From Saccostrea cucullata (lineage: Eukaryota), in NCBI RefSeq assembly GCF_032062105.1, contig NW_026918737.1, positions 62,001 to 126,000 of the forward strand: a stretch of 64,000 bases of DNA, read 5' to 3'. How positions within the stretch are numbered: position 1 is the stretch's first letter; every line of letters begins with the position of its first letter. Position numbers and translations under genes: made by a program. Below, piece by piece: positions 1-10,469 of the stretch. The notes below the pieces were generated by a model, which saw nothing but the letters and a program-made list of their open reading frames with translations, ran no database searches and was not told where the DNA came from.

Positions 1-301
1 GTGAAGCAAAAGTAACCAAAGGTTCCTTTTTCATCCTTTCTTCTTACATTCCATATACAGTCAAATCACTTATATTCATAGGGTCACATTTTCAAGGTTC
101 GAGGAATACTTATTTGAACATTGGGATTGGATTTAGTATGTGAAGAAGTGCGGAATATACAGTCATGTATATTTAAAATTCTACATTTCCTAGCCATGAA
201 AACAACAAGAATTAAACCCCATCAAGAATGATTGATTTCACAATATATCCAGTTTGTAACTTTTAACACTTCTCAGGATACTTTGTTTTTATGCACATGT
301 A

Positions 302-476
302 CAGCAAAACTTGGTTATAACGAAGTCGCTGGGATCTATGAAATTACTTCACTATATTCGTAATTTGTTATAACCGTATATGAAATTCATTAAATTTATA
401 GAGCTGGAGATCCAAGAGGACTTCGCTATATCCATGAATTTGCAATATCCGTGTTCATACTAAGTGAGTTTTACTG
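302..476. mobile_element. Tc1/mariner/pogo-type MITE (non-autonomous)
   Basis: Imperfect TIRs CAGCAAAACT...AGTTTTACTG flanked by TA at 300-301 and 477-478; internal repeated ttcgc/tata.cc motifs; no ORF. Confidence 0.7.
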
Positions 477-1222
477 TATTCATGTTGTTTTCAAAAGATG
501 CATGTAATTCAACAGTATGAAATAATTTGTAAAATAACGTGTTACAGCAAAATCAATACTCAATGAAAATTGAACAATTTTATTGATGTCGAATTTTTAT
601 GGTTTTCATTCATGGCCGTTTGATTGATTTCTTTGGTTGAAAAAGTGCTGAATTGTGATATATGTGAAATTTTAAACTTTGTGAGACATGAATTTGTTGG
701 ACTTTATGCCACGAAAAACAACAAAAATTAAACCCCTTATGAAAATAAGTGATTTCATGGTATGTATGAGCCATCTATAGTCACAGCTTCTAAGGGTTAC
801 TGGTATGGTATATAAAAAAAGTATTTAGTCACAGTGCTTATTGTTTAGGATCAGATACACATTGGTATTTAATGCACATTAAAATGTTTATACATGTAAT
901 ACAGATTAGGTTTGAAATTGTATGTAGGTTTATTAATGATGAAAAAATAGTGATTCATCATATTAAAACTCAACTAAAATGATATTATTTTCTTCTTTGT
1001 ATTGTTATATTAATTTAACCTTTTCTCTGATTCTTCAAGATCTGAAATTGACCCCAGGGAATTTCTGAGAGCAGTATGGTCTTATTGATATAAGGTTCAT
1101 TATTCCTTGGGTAAATCATAGAAAAAATAAAGAGATTTTCTAAATCTTTTTTGAAATTTAAATGCAAGTTTTAACTATTTTAGCATTTTTTTCAGGGAGA
1201 TGATCAACAAAAAAAGCCTTAA

Positions 1223-1464
1223 GGCCATAAAAAAAAATAATTTCTTATCAGGCCCTCCCTTATCTCTTCCAAGGGTGCCTCATTGACCCTTTTTATTGCA
1301 AAATCAATCAAATAAAAAGAACAAATCACCTCCCTCATCATTTTTGAGGTTTTGAACAATATAAAAAGCTGCCTCAATAAAAAAAGTAAAAAAAACCCGC
1401 CTCCCTCCCTCATCATAATTCTTGAAAAAAGGCCTGAGAGCCAAGGAATTTACTTTGCATGGCC
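1223..1464. mobile_element. TTAA-flanked non-autonomous DNA element (Kolobok-like MITE)
   Basis: TTAA (1219-1222) GGCCAT...ATGGCC TTAA (1465-1468); internal direct repeat cctccctcatcat. TTAA TSD with purine-purine termini fits Kolobok. Confidence 0.55.
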
Positions 1465-1729
1465 TTAAACTTGAAATTTAAAACAAAAATAAACTGATAG
1501 TCTTTGAGAGTTATCTCTCTTTAAGGGTTGATAAATCTAAAGATGTAACTTTTTAATTTTTTGAAGAAATGCTTTGAAACTCATAATATAAGGATTTGGA
1601 CAGAAAGAGAATATTATCTACCCATAAATCAAATTAATGTGTATTGCCAGGGGGAAAGTTTTTATTTATGAGGTTAATTAGAAGAGAAAGCAAGAGACAG
1701 ATAATGTAAAAACTATAGTTTATTCATAA

Positions 1730-1823
1730 AATAATCAAATTATTTACAAGTTATTATATTTATGATAATCAAAATATTTACAAGTAATTATTTTTATAAT
1801 AATCAAAATATTTTATAAGTTAT
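1730..1823. repeat. Minisatellite, ~3 copies of a ~32-bp unit (ataatcaaaatatttacaagttatt...)
   Basis: Direct tandem copies visible at ~1731, ~1766 and ~1799. Confidence 0.7.
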
Positions 1824-2126
1824 TAGAGCATGATGATGAAGAACCAACTCTTAATGGCCACTTATATTCAGAGCCAAACCAATAAGTTGTTCAAAATATT
1901 AAATAAAGATGTATTTGGTGCCAAAAATAAAGATAAAATCAAAGATATGATAATTACGAGACAAATATCAAATGATTTATATCAAAGCACATAGTGCTTA
2001 CTGTAGCTGTTTGCCAAAAATCATGGCAAACACATTTTGCCCAAAAAAAATTTGCCAAACAAACAATAAAAAAGTAATGTGTATGTGCATGTTCGAAAAG
2101 TCCTGAAAGACAAGCGATGGGCTGGC

Positions 2127-2263
2127 ATGGAATGTCACAGGATGGCCCCGAGAATCTATAGCACCACAACACCTAATAACTGTCCCATTCATGAAATTGT
2201 CACAGGGCGGCCCAGAGTTTATAGCACCGCAACACATAGTAACTGCCCCGTTCATGAAATTGT
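2127..2263. repeat. 63/64-bp tandem repeat (~2.2 copies) immediately 3' of the orphan gene stop
   Basis: Units atggaatgtcacagg...tcccattc (2127-2190) and atgaaattgtcacagg...ccccgttc (2191-2253), plus partial atgaaattgt. Confidence 0.75.
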
Positions 2264-2266
2264 TCC

Positions 2267-5200
2267 TCAGAGGAAATCCCATTCGCTGTACTTAGGCTCG
2301 TGGTATTTTAGCCTTTTCCACTTGCGCTGGTGACTGAATTTCACACGCTCAGACCATTCCAACTGAAAAAAAAACATTCACCATTTATAATTTTAACTTT
2401 GTAAAGCTAAGTCTGACCGAAACCACGACGAACGGGTAGGGGGGGTATCAAAGCCTTATTTGTTAATTGCTATAATGACCTTTCAAATTTACCCTCCCCC
2501 TTTTAATAAAAAAAAGTTTCGCCATGAATTTTAGACACCGCTAATTTTCAACAATTAAGAGCCATTCGTGACGTAATAAAGCTGTAGGCATATATTTAGA
2601 ATCTTGATATTCTTTTTCATTATATTTTGGGTTTGAATTTGTATTAGTTGATATATCTTGTCTATATAACTACAGAATGAAGGAAAATTGAAGCAAAGGT
2701 AACACTTACCAGATGAGAGGGATATCTCAGTAGATCCGCCTCTCTCCGATCAACATCCATTGTCGCATCATACTGAGAAAAAAAATCAACAAAAATTGAG
2801 TTTTAATGATATGGAGGATAATGCTAAGAAGAATGGATATTTTAGAGTAATTTTCAGAAGTTGTAGTGGGATCATCCTATGGTTTGGAATCCCTCACTCC
2901 GACCCACCCACTGACCCATACACATTTCTAACCCTTAAGACCATTAACCTTGAAATTCAAATTCGCCCATGGATATATAATAAAGCAAAGGCCGAGACAG
3001 AATGTCGAGTAAATTATATCCAACCATTCTCTAAATGCAAGGTTCTTACCCAGTTTTCAAGCCTTTCCTTGATTCTCTCAGAAAAAGACTTGGAAATGAA
3101 CTGTTGCTAGGAGAGATAAGAAGACAGAATAGAAAATAGATTGAACTTTGTTTGAGAGTAAGAAAAAGAAGAGAGATAGAGTAAGACTGAGAAATACAGA
3201 GACTGACTTACTGATTTGTTGATGTTGTCTGTGAGCTGGTTAGATTGGTCAGGGTTGTCGTGAATGGTGCACACCATTTGAGAGTCTGTTGTGGTAGCAG
3301 CACTACTTCCAGTCGGTGGTACCAGTGACATATAGACCTGATTTTGAGGGCCCACCAGGTACATAGAGGAACCGTCTGACACAACATGGAAAGGTTGCTC
3401 CTGCGGAGACAACTTTGCTAGATTGTACGTGTTGCTCAGTCCTTGAAACAATCCAAGAACTTCTGCTTGTGAGAGAACACATGCATTATTGTTGCTTTCA
3501 TTGGTTGCACCATCAACTGATTGAAAGTCTTGTTGTAGCTCCGCTGCAACATTTGAATCGCCCGCAACCTCATCGTTGTCAAGAGTGTTTGCAGTATAAT
3601 CTGTCTGCGAAATTTCACAAGCAGTTTCTAAGTCATGTATATCCTCAGAAATTAACGCACAAGCTGCTTCAAAGTCACGTATCTCCTTAGAGATCAATGC
3701 ATATTCATCAGCAGCTGATAGTTTGCCTGCCGTTTCACTGTTGCGGCTAGAGACGTCTGATGCGCACGACTCTGTTCTGGGAACTTTGGAGGAGTCGGAG
3801 GACGAACGAGGACCAGGTTTCCTCCCGTCTTTCTTTCCTCGTCTGATTTTTCGTCTCTTTGCCTAAAATAAAAAAAAACAACAAATTAATCGATTGTAAC
3901 TCAGTATATGTAAATCTTTTTGTTCAACAGCTCCATTTTTAAATAAATATTTTACACGTATAAACCAATTTTACAAGAAATGTTATTTTATTTTTGTTGT
4001 TAATATAAAATCTGTCATTAATGATTTGTTTTGTAACTTTGGAACCGTTTGGATTTATTGCTGGCGAAACTGAACTCCAGAACTTTTGTTCGTGTTTGAA
4101 GTTGGATGCAAAGTAAAGACATCCCCTTAAAATGACATACAATTAAATTTTTTTTTTTTTTTAAAAATGTGATAGTCTTAACACGAAAATCCTATTTCAG
4201 TGGAAAAAAAGGGGGGAGGGCTTTCTCAAACTTTTTCGTACATTTCTCTAAATGATGAAATTTGGTGTGTTCGACCTTACCAGAAAAGAAACTGGTAAAG
4301 GGGGGGGGGGTCAAGGCTTCATAATTTCAATTAACATACTGAGAAAATTGTAAAAGATCGATCCCTTGCGTTCTAAGGGCATGTATTTCTTTTTTCAAAA
4401 GAAATGAAAGAAAGCAAAAAATGTTGCAGGAAAACAAAAAAATTAATTGAAGTGTTTTAACTGAATTCGACTGTTCAGAAAAAAGTTAATTTGAATAAAA
4501 TTACCCCCCCCCCCCCCTCCCCCAAAAAAAACTATTCTCAGAAAATCCTACATATCCTATTAAAGTCTGTCTTTTCAAAGCAAAAAATTAAAGAACATAA
4601 AATTGTTCTTATACAAATGAAAAGGAGGACAAATATTTTACTTCTTGCTTTTTACGTAAACTTCATAGGATAGTTTACATATGCATACATTCTTTGCAAT
4701 TTTACAAGAATTCTAATAACTTTTTTTTTTTAATTCTTGTTAAATAAAATAAATGTAATAATATTTATATTTCATTCCTTTTTCGTTCTGCAATTTTAGA
4801 ACCCGGCTGGGATTTATTTCTGGCGAAATTGAACCCCGAAAATATTTCCAGTTTGAATTCGGATGCCAAGCATTCCTAAAATATTATAATGACTTAAATA
4901 TTTCCATTTTCGGGAGATACGTTTTACTAAAAGAATATTCCTAAAGGTAGTTTATACCATTATGTTCCCTTCAGTACAGGAATCCTCAGATGAAAGTCGT
5001 CGTTTCATTGTCAATTTTCAGTTTTTTTCGCTGTGAATATTTTGCACGTCCGTTCGCTACGACTGATACCGTTACTATGAGGTTGTTGTCACAACACAAC
5101 GACTCACCCTGCATCATCACCCTTAGCAACGTCATTGCCAATAATTATTTTCGTAAAAAGAAAGATTTGGAGGAAAGTTTTACAAAAATGTTTCTTTTAC

Positions 5201-5962
5201 ATGTATGACCGATTCAACGTTTTTTATAGCCTTAAAAAAAAGAAAAGCAACAAAAAAATTAAATAAGGTCTGAAACTGTCCAATCTCAAAACCCTTCGGG
5301 GGGGGGGGGGGGGGGGGGGGGCTCCAACTTTTTTTGGGTTAATTATTTTAAATGATGAAATTGGCTGTGTTCGGCTGTACTGAAAGAAAAGATGGAGGAG
5401 GGGTGTCTAGCAGCTTCAAAATGTCAATTTTCAAAATAAAACTATACATGTACATCAGTATAACTGAAAAGTGGCCGCTCCCTTCCGCGTGCCACGGATC
5501 TGTGTGTGTCCTTTAGAGCAAGAAAAAACTCAAAAATTGTTCTAATATAATCTAAGAAAAACAAAAATTCACTCGAACCCCCCCCCCCCTCCCCAGGACG
5601 CTTACTTTGTAGGTAACTAAATCAATGCACACATGTGGACATGCATTTGTATCTTTTACAGGAAGTCTATAACAGTACTGATCTTTGATCGTTCTTAAAA
5701 AATATTGTAAAATTAAAATGTAAAATAAATACTTTAAACTTTCATTAAATATTTTTGTGTAAGTGTGGAACCCTCGTCTTTTATTTCTATCGAAATTGAA
5801 CTTTCGAGTTTGATCTAGGATACGGAGTATCCATAAATTTTTACTTCATTGAATATTTTCATATTTGGGAAGATTTATAAATAAAAGAATATTCATAAAG
5901 GTAATTTATACCATTATGTTCCCCTCAGTACAGGAATCCTCAGCTGAAAGTCGTCGTTTCAT
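2267..5962 (-). CDS. Spliced orphan gene, ~286 aa, putative nuclear protein (basic N-terminus, acidic/low-complexity middle, aromatic/basic C-terminal segment)
   Basis: Phase-0 exons with canonical GT-AG: 3862-3212 (651 bp, AKRRKIRRGKK...NINKS), 2772-2710 (YDATMDVDRREADLLRYPSHL), 2362-2267 (LEWSERVKFSHQRKWKRLKYHEPKYSEWDFL*). Candidate first coding exon MKRRLS(A/S)EDSCTEGNIM|gt occurs twice: 5962-5912 and 5008-4958. Minus-strand AATAAA near 1719. The 5' structure is uncertain. Confidence 0.6.
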
Positions 5963-6110
5963 TGTCAATTTTCAATTTTTAGCTCTGAATTTTTTGCACG
6001 TCCGTTCGCTACGACTGATGCCGTTACTATGAGCTTGTTGTCACAACACAACGACTCACCCTGCATCGTCACCTTTAGCAACGTCATTGCAAAAATTTTC
6101 GTAAAAAGAA
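3950..6110. repeat. Diverged tandem duplication/triplication of a ~0.75-0.96-kb unit containing the candidate first exon
   Basis: Near-identical blocks 4933-5162 and 5887-6110; related blocks at ~4040-4130, ~4795-4885 and ~5767-5835; also ~4249-4335 and ~5349-5430. Confidence 0.75.
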
Positions 6111-6295
6111 CTTTACATTTTTTCCAAGGTAAACCAGAACACAAAAATAATTCAAATAAAATCTAAAGGGAAAAAAATTCACTCAGTGTTTTTCTTAATA
6201 GTAAATTAGCTTCGTAGTTTTACAAGTCCACTTCTTGCAGACCACTGCAGTCCTTTTTGCAAAGATTTATTTAAAATACTTAATAATTCACTTAC

Positions 6296-6730
6296 CTGAT
6301 CAGATTTATTAAAATTCCTTGTGAATCATAATATTCCAAATGTAGCCTATAGGCTAGATATGTAACGTTATTATAACGAAATTTATTACGACGTCACAAT
6401 GCTATTTAAAGCGCGCCAAAATTTGTACAACCTTTTGCGGATTTTCAAAAGATGGATTTTAGTTGTGTAGATAAATTATCATAGAAGACAATGGAAATAA
6501 ACAGTTTGCCCGTGCGTTTCCTCTGAAAGGACATGTATAAATGAGTGCGATTCTGGGGAAGGGGGTGGGGGCTGCGTGAAACTATAGGAGTTGGATATTT
6601 TGTGCTATTATTTAACTCTGGGTTGAAAAAAAAATATTACAGAATCACAATGCTATTTAAAGCGCGTCAAAATTTGTACAACCTTTTGCGGATTTTCAAA
6701 AAATATTTTAGTTGTGGAGATAAATTACCC
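6296..6730 (-). promoter_or_regulatory. Candidate promoter and 5'-UTR exon of the orphan gene
   Basis: Minus strand: E2F-like TTTGGCGC (6413-6420), TTTAAATA, CRE-like TGACGTCG (~6389-6396), then a perfect donor CAG|GTAAGT at 6296/6295. The ~85-bp block 6395-6480 is duplicated at ~6645-6730. Confidence 0.35.
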
Positions 6731-7975
6731 ATTGAAAAAACTGTATATTTATTGGAAAAAAAGTTTGCCCGAATTAATTGCGAAATTTTCCTCAATTGCA
6801 AAAAAAGGCTATATTTCAAAAAAGTCCTTACTCCTCTGTTACTTTCGTACTTTACATTTGTACTAAGTGCGTTGGACCGAATTATCGTGAAGACCAAAAT
6901 GGGAGTATAAATAGGAAAAATTTTCAATGATTTCAATTTGCTGTTAAAAACAATTATAAGGAATTATTGTGGAAACTCTGAAAGAATATGTTAGAAACAC
7001 ACTTCTAGTAATAAGATGACAGTTTAAAAACACTGAGAAATAAATCAAGTGCACTTTTTTGTGGGTGATGGTTGGCACAAGCTCTCCCGTCTGTCACTAT
7101 ATATTTTTTCGGAGAGCCACATTTCTGCAGCTACCTTTGTACATGTATGTGCTAAGTGAAATGTCGGTTCACATGAGAACGTATACATGTATTCTCATCA
7201 AAGCGGGGGTATTACTAAGCAGACACCATTCTACTAAAATTATTTTGGATTATATTAAACACTTTTTATACGTCTGTTTATTTAATGAAACTACACTTAC
7301 GATAAATAACATAACAGTCAGTTCATAGTAATTAGATTTATATCGCAATTATTCTGAATTGCATTTTCAACATAGATACTTGTATGCTTTCTTAATGCAT
7401 GTAATACGACAAAGTTTTTTTGCAGAATTAAAAACAAAATACATGTACTTTCAATAAATTTTTCACTCAGTTTTACAAAATTAGCCATTTTACCTATTCT
7501 TGTAAACCTTTTTACATTGAACGTGCGAAGTCTGCGACAAAATAATTTAATTATTCAATTTCCTCCCAATTAATCTACAAAAAAAATATTAGGTTCCCAA
7601 CCGACACACAACCATTCTCTTCCAATACAGTTATTTGTACACATGATAAAGAGTATCGAGATGTGATTTAATATAAGCTTATTGAATATTTTTTAGTACC
7701 CAATAATATTTCATTGTCGTGATGTATTTCTTCAATTGTAAAGGGCCTATCTATATTTATATCTTGCATTTTGAGCGACGCTTTCAGACCAAATCCATTA
7801 AATGTTTACAATTGTAATATTTAAATTTTTTCATTCAATATTTTAACTTTAATTTTTCTGCTAAATTTCAAGTTCGTATTTTTAGTTTTATGGAAGTTAT
7901 CAATGTTCTATTATTGCGTGCGCGACGCTCACGTTTCCTGTCTACATGCGTTTTGGACGTTCTTGGTGGAATGGC

Positions 7976-8064
7976 ATCGTCTCAAGCCACGGTCCGGAGT
8001 CCGCATATAGCTCTCTCCTACGAAAGAGAGAGGATCGTACATTTTGGCCGTGGTTTGCGACGAT
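7976..8064. mobile_element. 89-bp hairpin MITE with 3-bp TSD
   Basis: TIRs ATCGTCTCAAGCCACGGTC / GGCCGTGGTTTGCGACGAT; internal hairpin CTCTCTC...GAGAGAG; GGC on both flanks (7973-7975, 8065-8067). Confidence 0.55.
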
Positions 8065-9001
8065 GGCGGGATGGTCGAATTAAAATATCTTTAATAAAAG
8101 GAATTTATGGACCGTTTACAAAAATGTATTAAGTATAATGTACATGTAATCACCAACTGAATGCTTGATATATAGCTTTCATACTTTTGTTTCAAGTCAA
8201 TAAAATAAAGTTTCTTTTAACAAAACTTGGCGCAAATGCTGCATCAATGGTAAATTATGGTTTTTTGACACCAATATCATGCATTTGCCCGATGTGTTTG
8301 TTAAAAAAAAAATCCGTTCATACCTCGATTTTTTTTTAAACATTCAATTTGATTCTGAAACATTTGTGAAAATGATAAAGTTCGACTAACTGTATTTTTA
8401 AAGTGTTCATTGGAGCAGGCAACGTAGAGTATTATACTTGCAACTGAAAGCCGTATCTATGTCAGTTTTATGCATCTCTAATGGACTTAAATTGAATTTG
8501 AACACAAAGGTAAAATGGTACAGTACATCTCATTCATTTTATCAAAGCCGATCCTTTTGTGAATATGTGTTATAAATCAGGGACAAAAGACTTTCCCAAG
8601 CACAAAAATACGTCTAGTATACGTAATTGATTTTTTTTACAGTCTCTACGTAACACTTTCATGCAATGAAAGTGTTTTAAAGTCATTTATTTCAATAAAA
8701 ACGAAATGTTTATTGACAAAAATATATATTTCAAACAAGTTTTCTTTAGTAGTCCATGGTCTTATTGCAAAGTAAGAACATGCAATGCAGACTTCGAAAG
8801 AAATTTTTTTTTTCAAAATAACAAAGGACAATAAAATAAGATTTGGTCCAAAAATTTTAACAGAAGTTCATGTAACAAGTAAATTTTTAAGAATTGTATA
8901 TTCAAACCAATGTATCAGGAGCCGTATATAATTAAAAGGATTATTAAAAAATCAAAACACATAAAGATTTGAAAGCTACAGAGAACAAACGTATAAATGT
9001 A

Positions 9002-10356
9002 CACTCACGTGCCAAAAGTATGTCAATTTTTTCAAGATGGCCGCCGTAAATAAATTAAATCAATAATTTTTTTTTCAATAAAAAATTATTTTCACTCACG
9101 AATTTTGACTTATTTATGTCACCATTAAGCTGCCGTATATTATGTAATGCCTTTGTAAACCGGAAGTAGTCATGACTTCTGCTAATTGTCAATGTAAACA
9201 ACGAACATGGGACGAAGGGGACGAGAACTTACTATTGATGAAAAGAAGACCGTAATATCCCTAATAGAAAGTGGATTAAAAGCGGTTAAAGTGGCTGAAT
9301 TACTGAATTTGAATTCCTCGACAATTTGTCGATTCTTAAAGCGATTTCGTGAGCGGGGTGACGTTGAAAATAAACCTCGAAGTGGACGACCCCCATCCAT
9401 GACAGTTCGCGACCACACGGCTCTCTCCAGAATCGTAAAAAAAGACAGAAGAAAAACTTTAACTGAAATAACCGATGAATACAACAGGTCAGTGCCAAAT
9501 TCTGTATCTAAGAGAACTATTCAGCGCGAGCTTCATCGTCAGCAATACTGGAGAAGGACTGTGGCAAAAAAATTGGGGGTCCGTGAAGTGAACAGGAAGA
9601 AACGACTTCAGTATTGTAGGGGAAAATTAACTTGGAAAGTTGACCAACAATGGAAGAATGTTATTTTTAGTGATGAAATGACCATAGTTGTAAAACCAGA
9701 TGGTAAAGTTAAAGTTTGGAGGAAAACATCGGAGAAATGGAGAGGCTATTGCTTGGGGTATCTTGGACAAGGGCCCTCACGCTGTTTGAAGTTAATGGTG
9801 TGGGGGACAATAACTTACCATGGAGCTGGAATACTGGCATTTGTTGATGGTAATATGAACTCACAGAAGTACATTAGAGTGTTGGATGAACATTTATGGC
9901 CCGTGATCGTAAAATATTTTGCAAATTCACCCTGGCATTTCATGGATGACAATTGCCCTGTTCATCGCTCACGAGAGACAGAAGACTGGAAACATAGGAA
10001 TGGCATTCTACCATTTTTTTGGCCCCCGCAATCCCCTGATTTAAACCCAATTGAAAATGTCTGGCTTGTTTTGAAAAATCATGTTAAACGTCAGATTTTC
10101 CACATCCGTACCATCGACGACTTGAAACAAGAACTACAGTATGCTTGGAACAATCTGTCAAAAACTTACCTCAGGTCTCTCTACTCCAGTCTACCGAAAC
10201 GATGTCGGAAAGTGATCGCATCCAAAGGCTTCATTACAAAATATTAAGTCAAAATACGAAGAAATAAGGTAAGTGCATCATTTTTTATTCAAGTAGTAAA
10301 CAAAAACTATGGCGGCCATCTTGTGAAAAAATTGACATACTTTTGGCGCGTGAGTG
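9002..10356 (+). mobile_element. Full-length Tc1 DNA transposon (1355 bp)
   Basis: ~44-bp TIRs CACTCACG(T/C)GCCAAAAGTATGTCAATTTTTTCA(CA)AGATGGCCGCC; TA TSD at 9000-9001 and 10357-10358; reconstructed empty site is the palindrome ATGTACAT. Confidence 0.95.
9207..10247 (+). CDS. Tc1 transposase, DD34E, 346 aa, intact
   Basis: N-terminal paired HTH with GRPP linker; catalytic VIFSDE, FMDDNCPVH and SPDLNPIENVW, with 34 residues between the second D and E. Confidence 0.95.
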   Translation: MGRRGRELTIDEKKTVISLIESGLKAVKVAELLNLNSSTICRFLKRFRERGDVENKPRSGRPPSMTVRDHTALSRIVKKDRRKTLTEITDEYNRSVPNSVSKRTIQRELHRQQYWRRTVAKKLGVREVNRKKRLQYCRGKLTWKVDQQWKNVIFSDEMTIVVKPDGKVKVWRKTSEKWRGYCLGYLGQGPSRCLKLMVWGTITYHGAGILAFVDGNMNSQKYIRVLDEHLWPVIVKYFANSPWHFMDDNCPVHRSRETEDWKHRNGILPFFWPPQSPDLNPIENVWLVLKNHVKRQIFHIRTIDDLKQELQYAWNNLSKTYLRSLYSSLPKRCRKVIASKGFITKY

Positions 10357-10469
10357 TACATAAGAAATGAGCATGTAAACTTCTTCTTAAGTCTGACATG
10401 TAAACGTTGCTACCTATAGATTTCAGACTCGATGGGCAACCTTTCTTAAAAGTGCATGTAGGGTATTTG

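Noticed and set aside
1998-2282. Cys-rich repeated peptide ORF (NFMNG...CCGAI x2)
   Set aside because: A by-product of the 63-bp tandem repeat just after the orphan gene's stop; no signal peptide or independent splice support.
7976-8064. Hammerhead ribozyme or snRNA
   Set aside because: Contains CGAAA but no CUGANGA core on either strand; TIR plus TSD explain the structure better.
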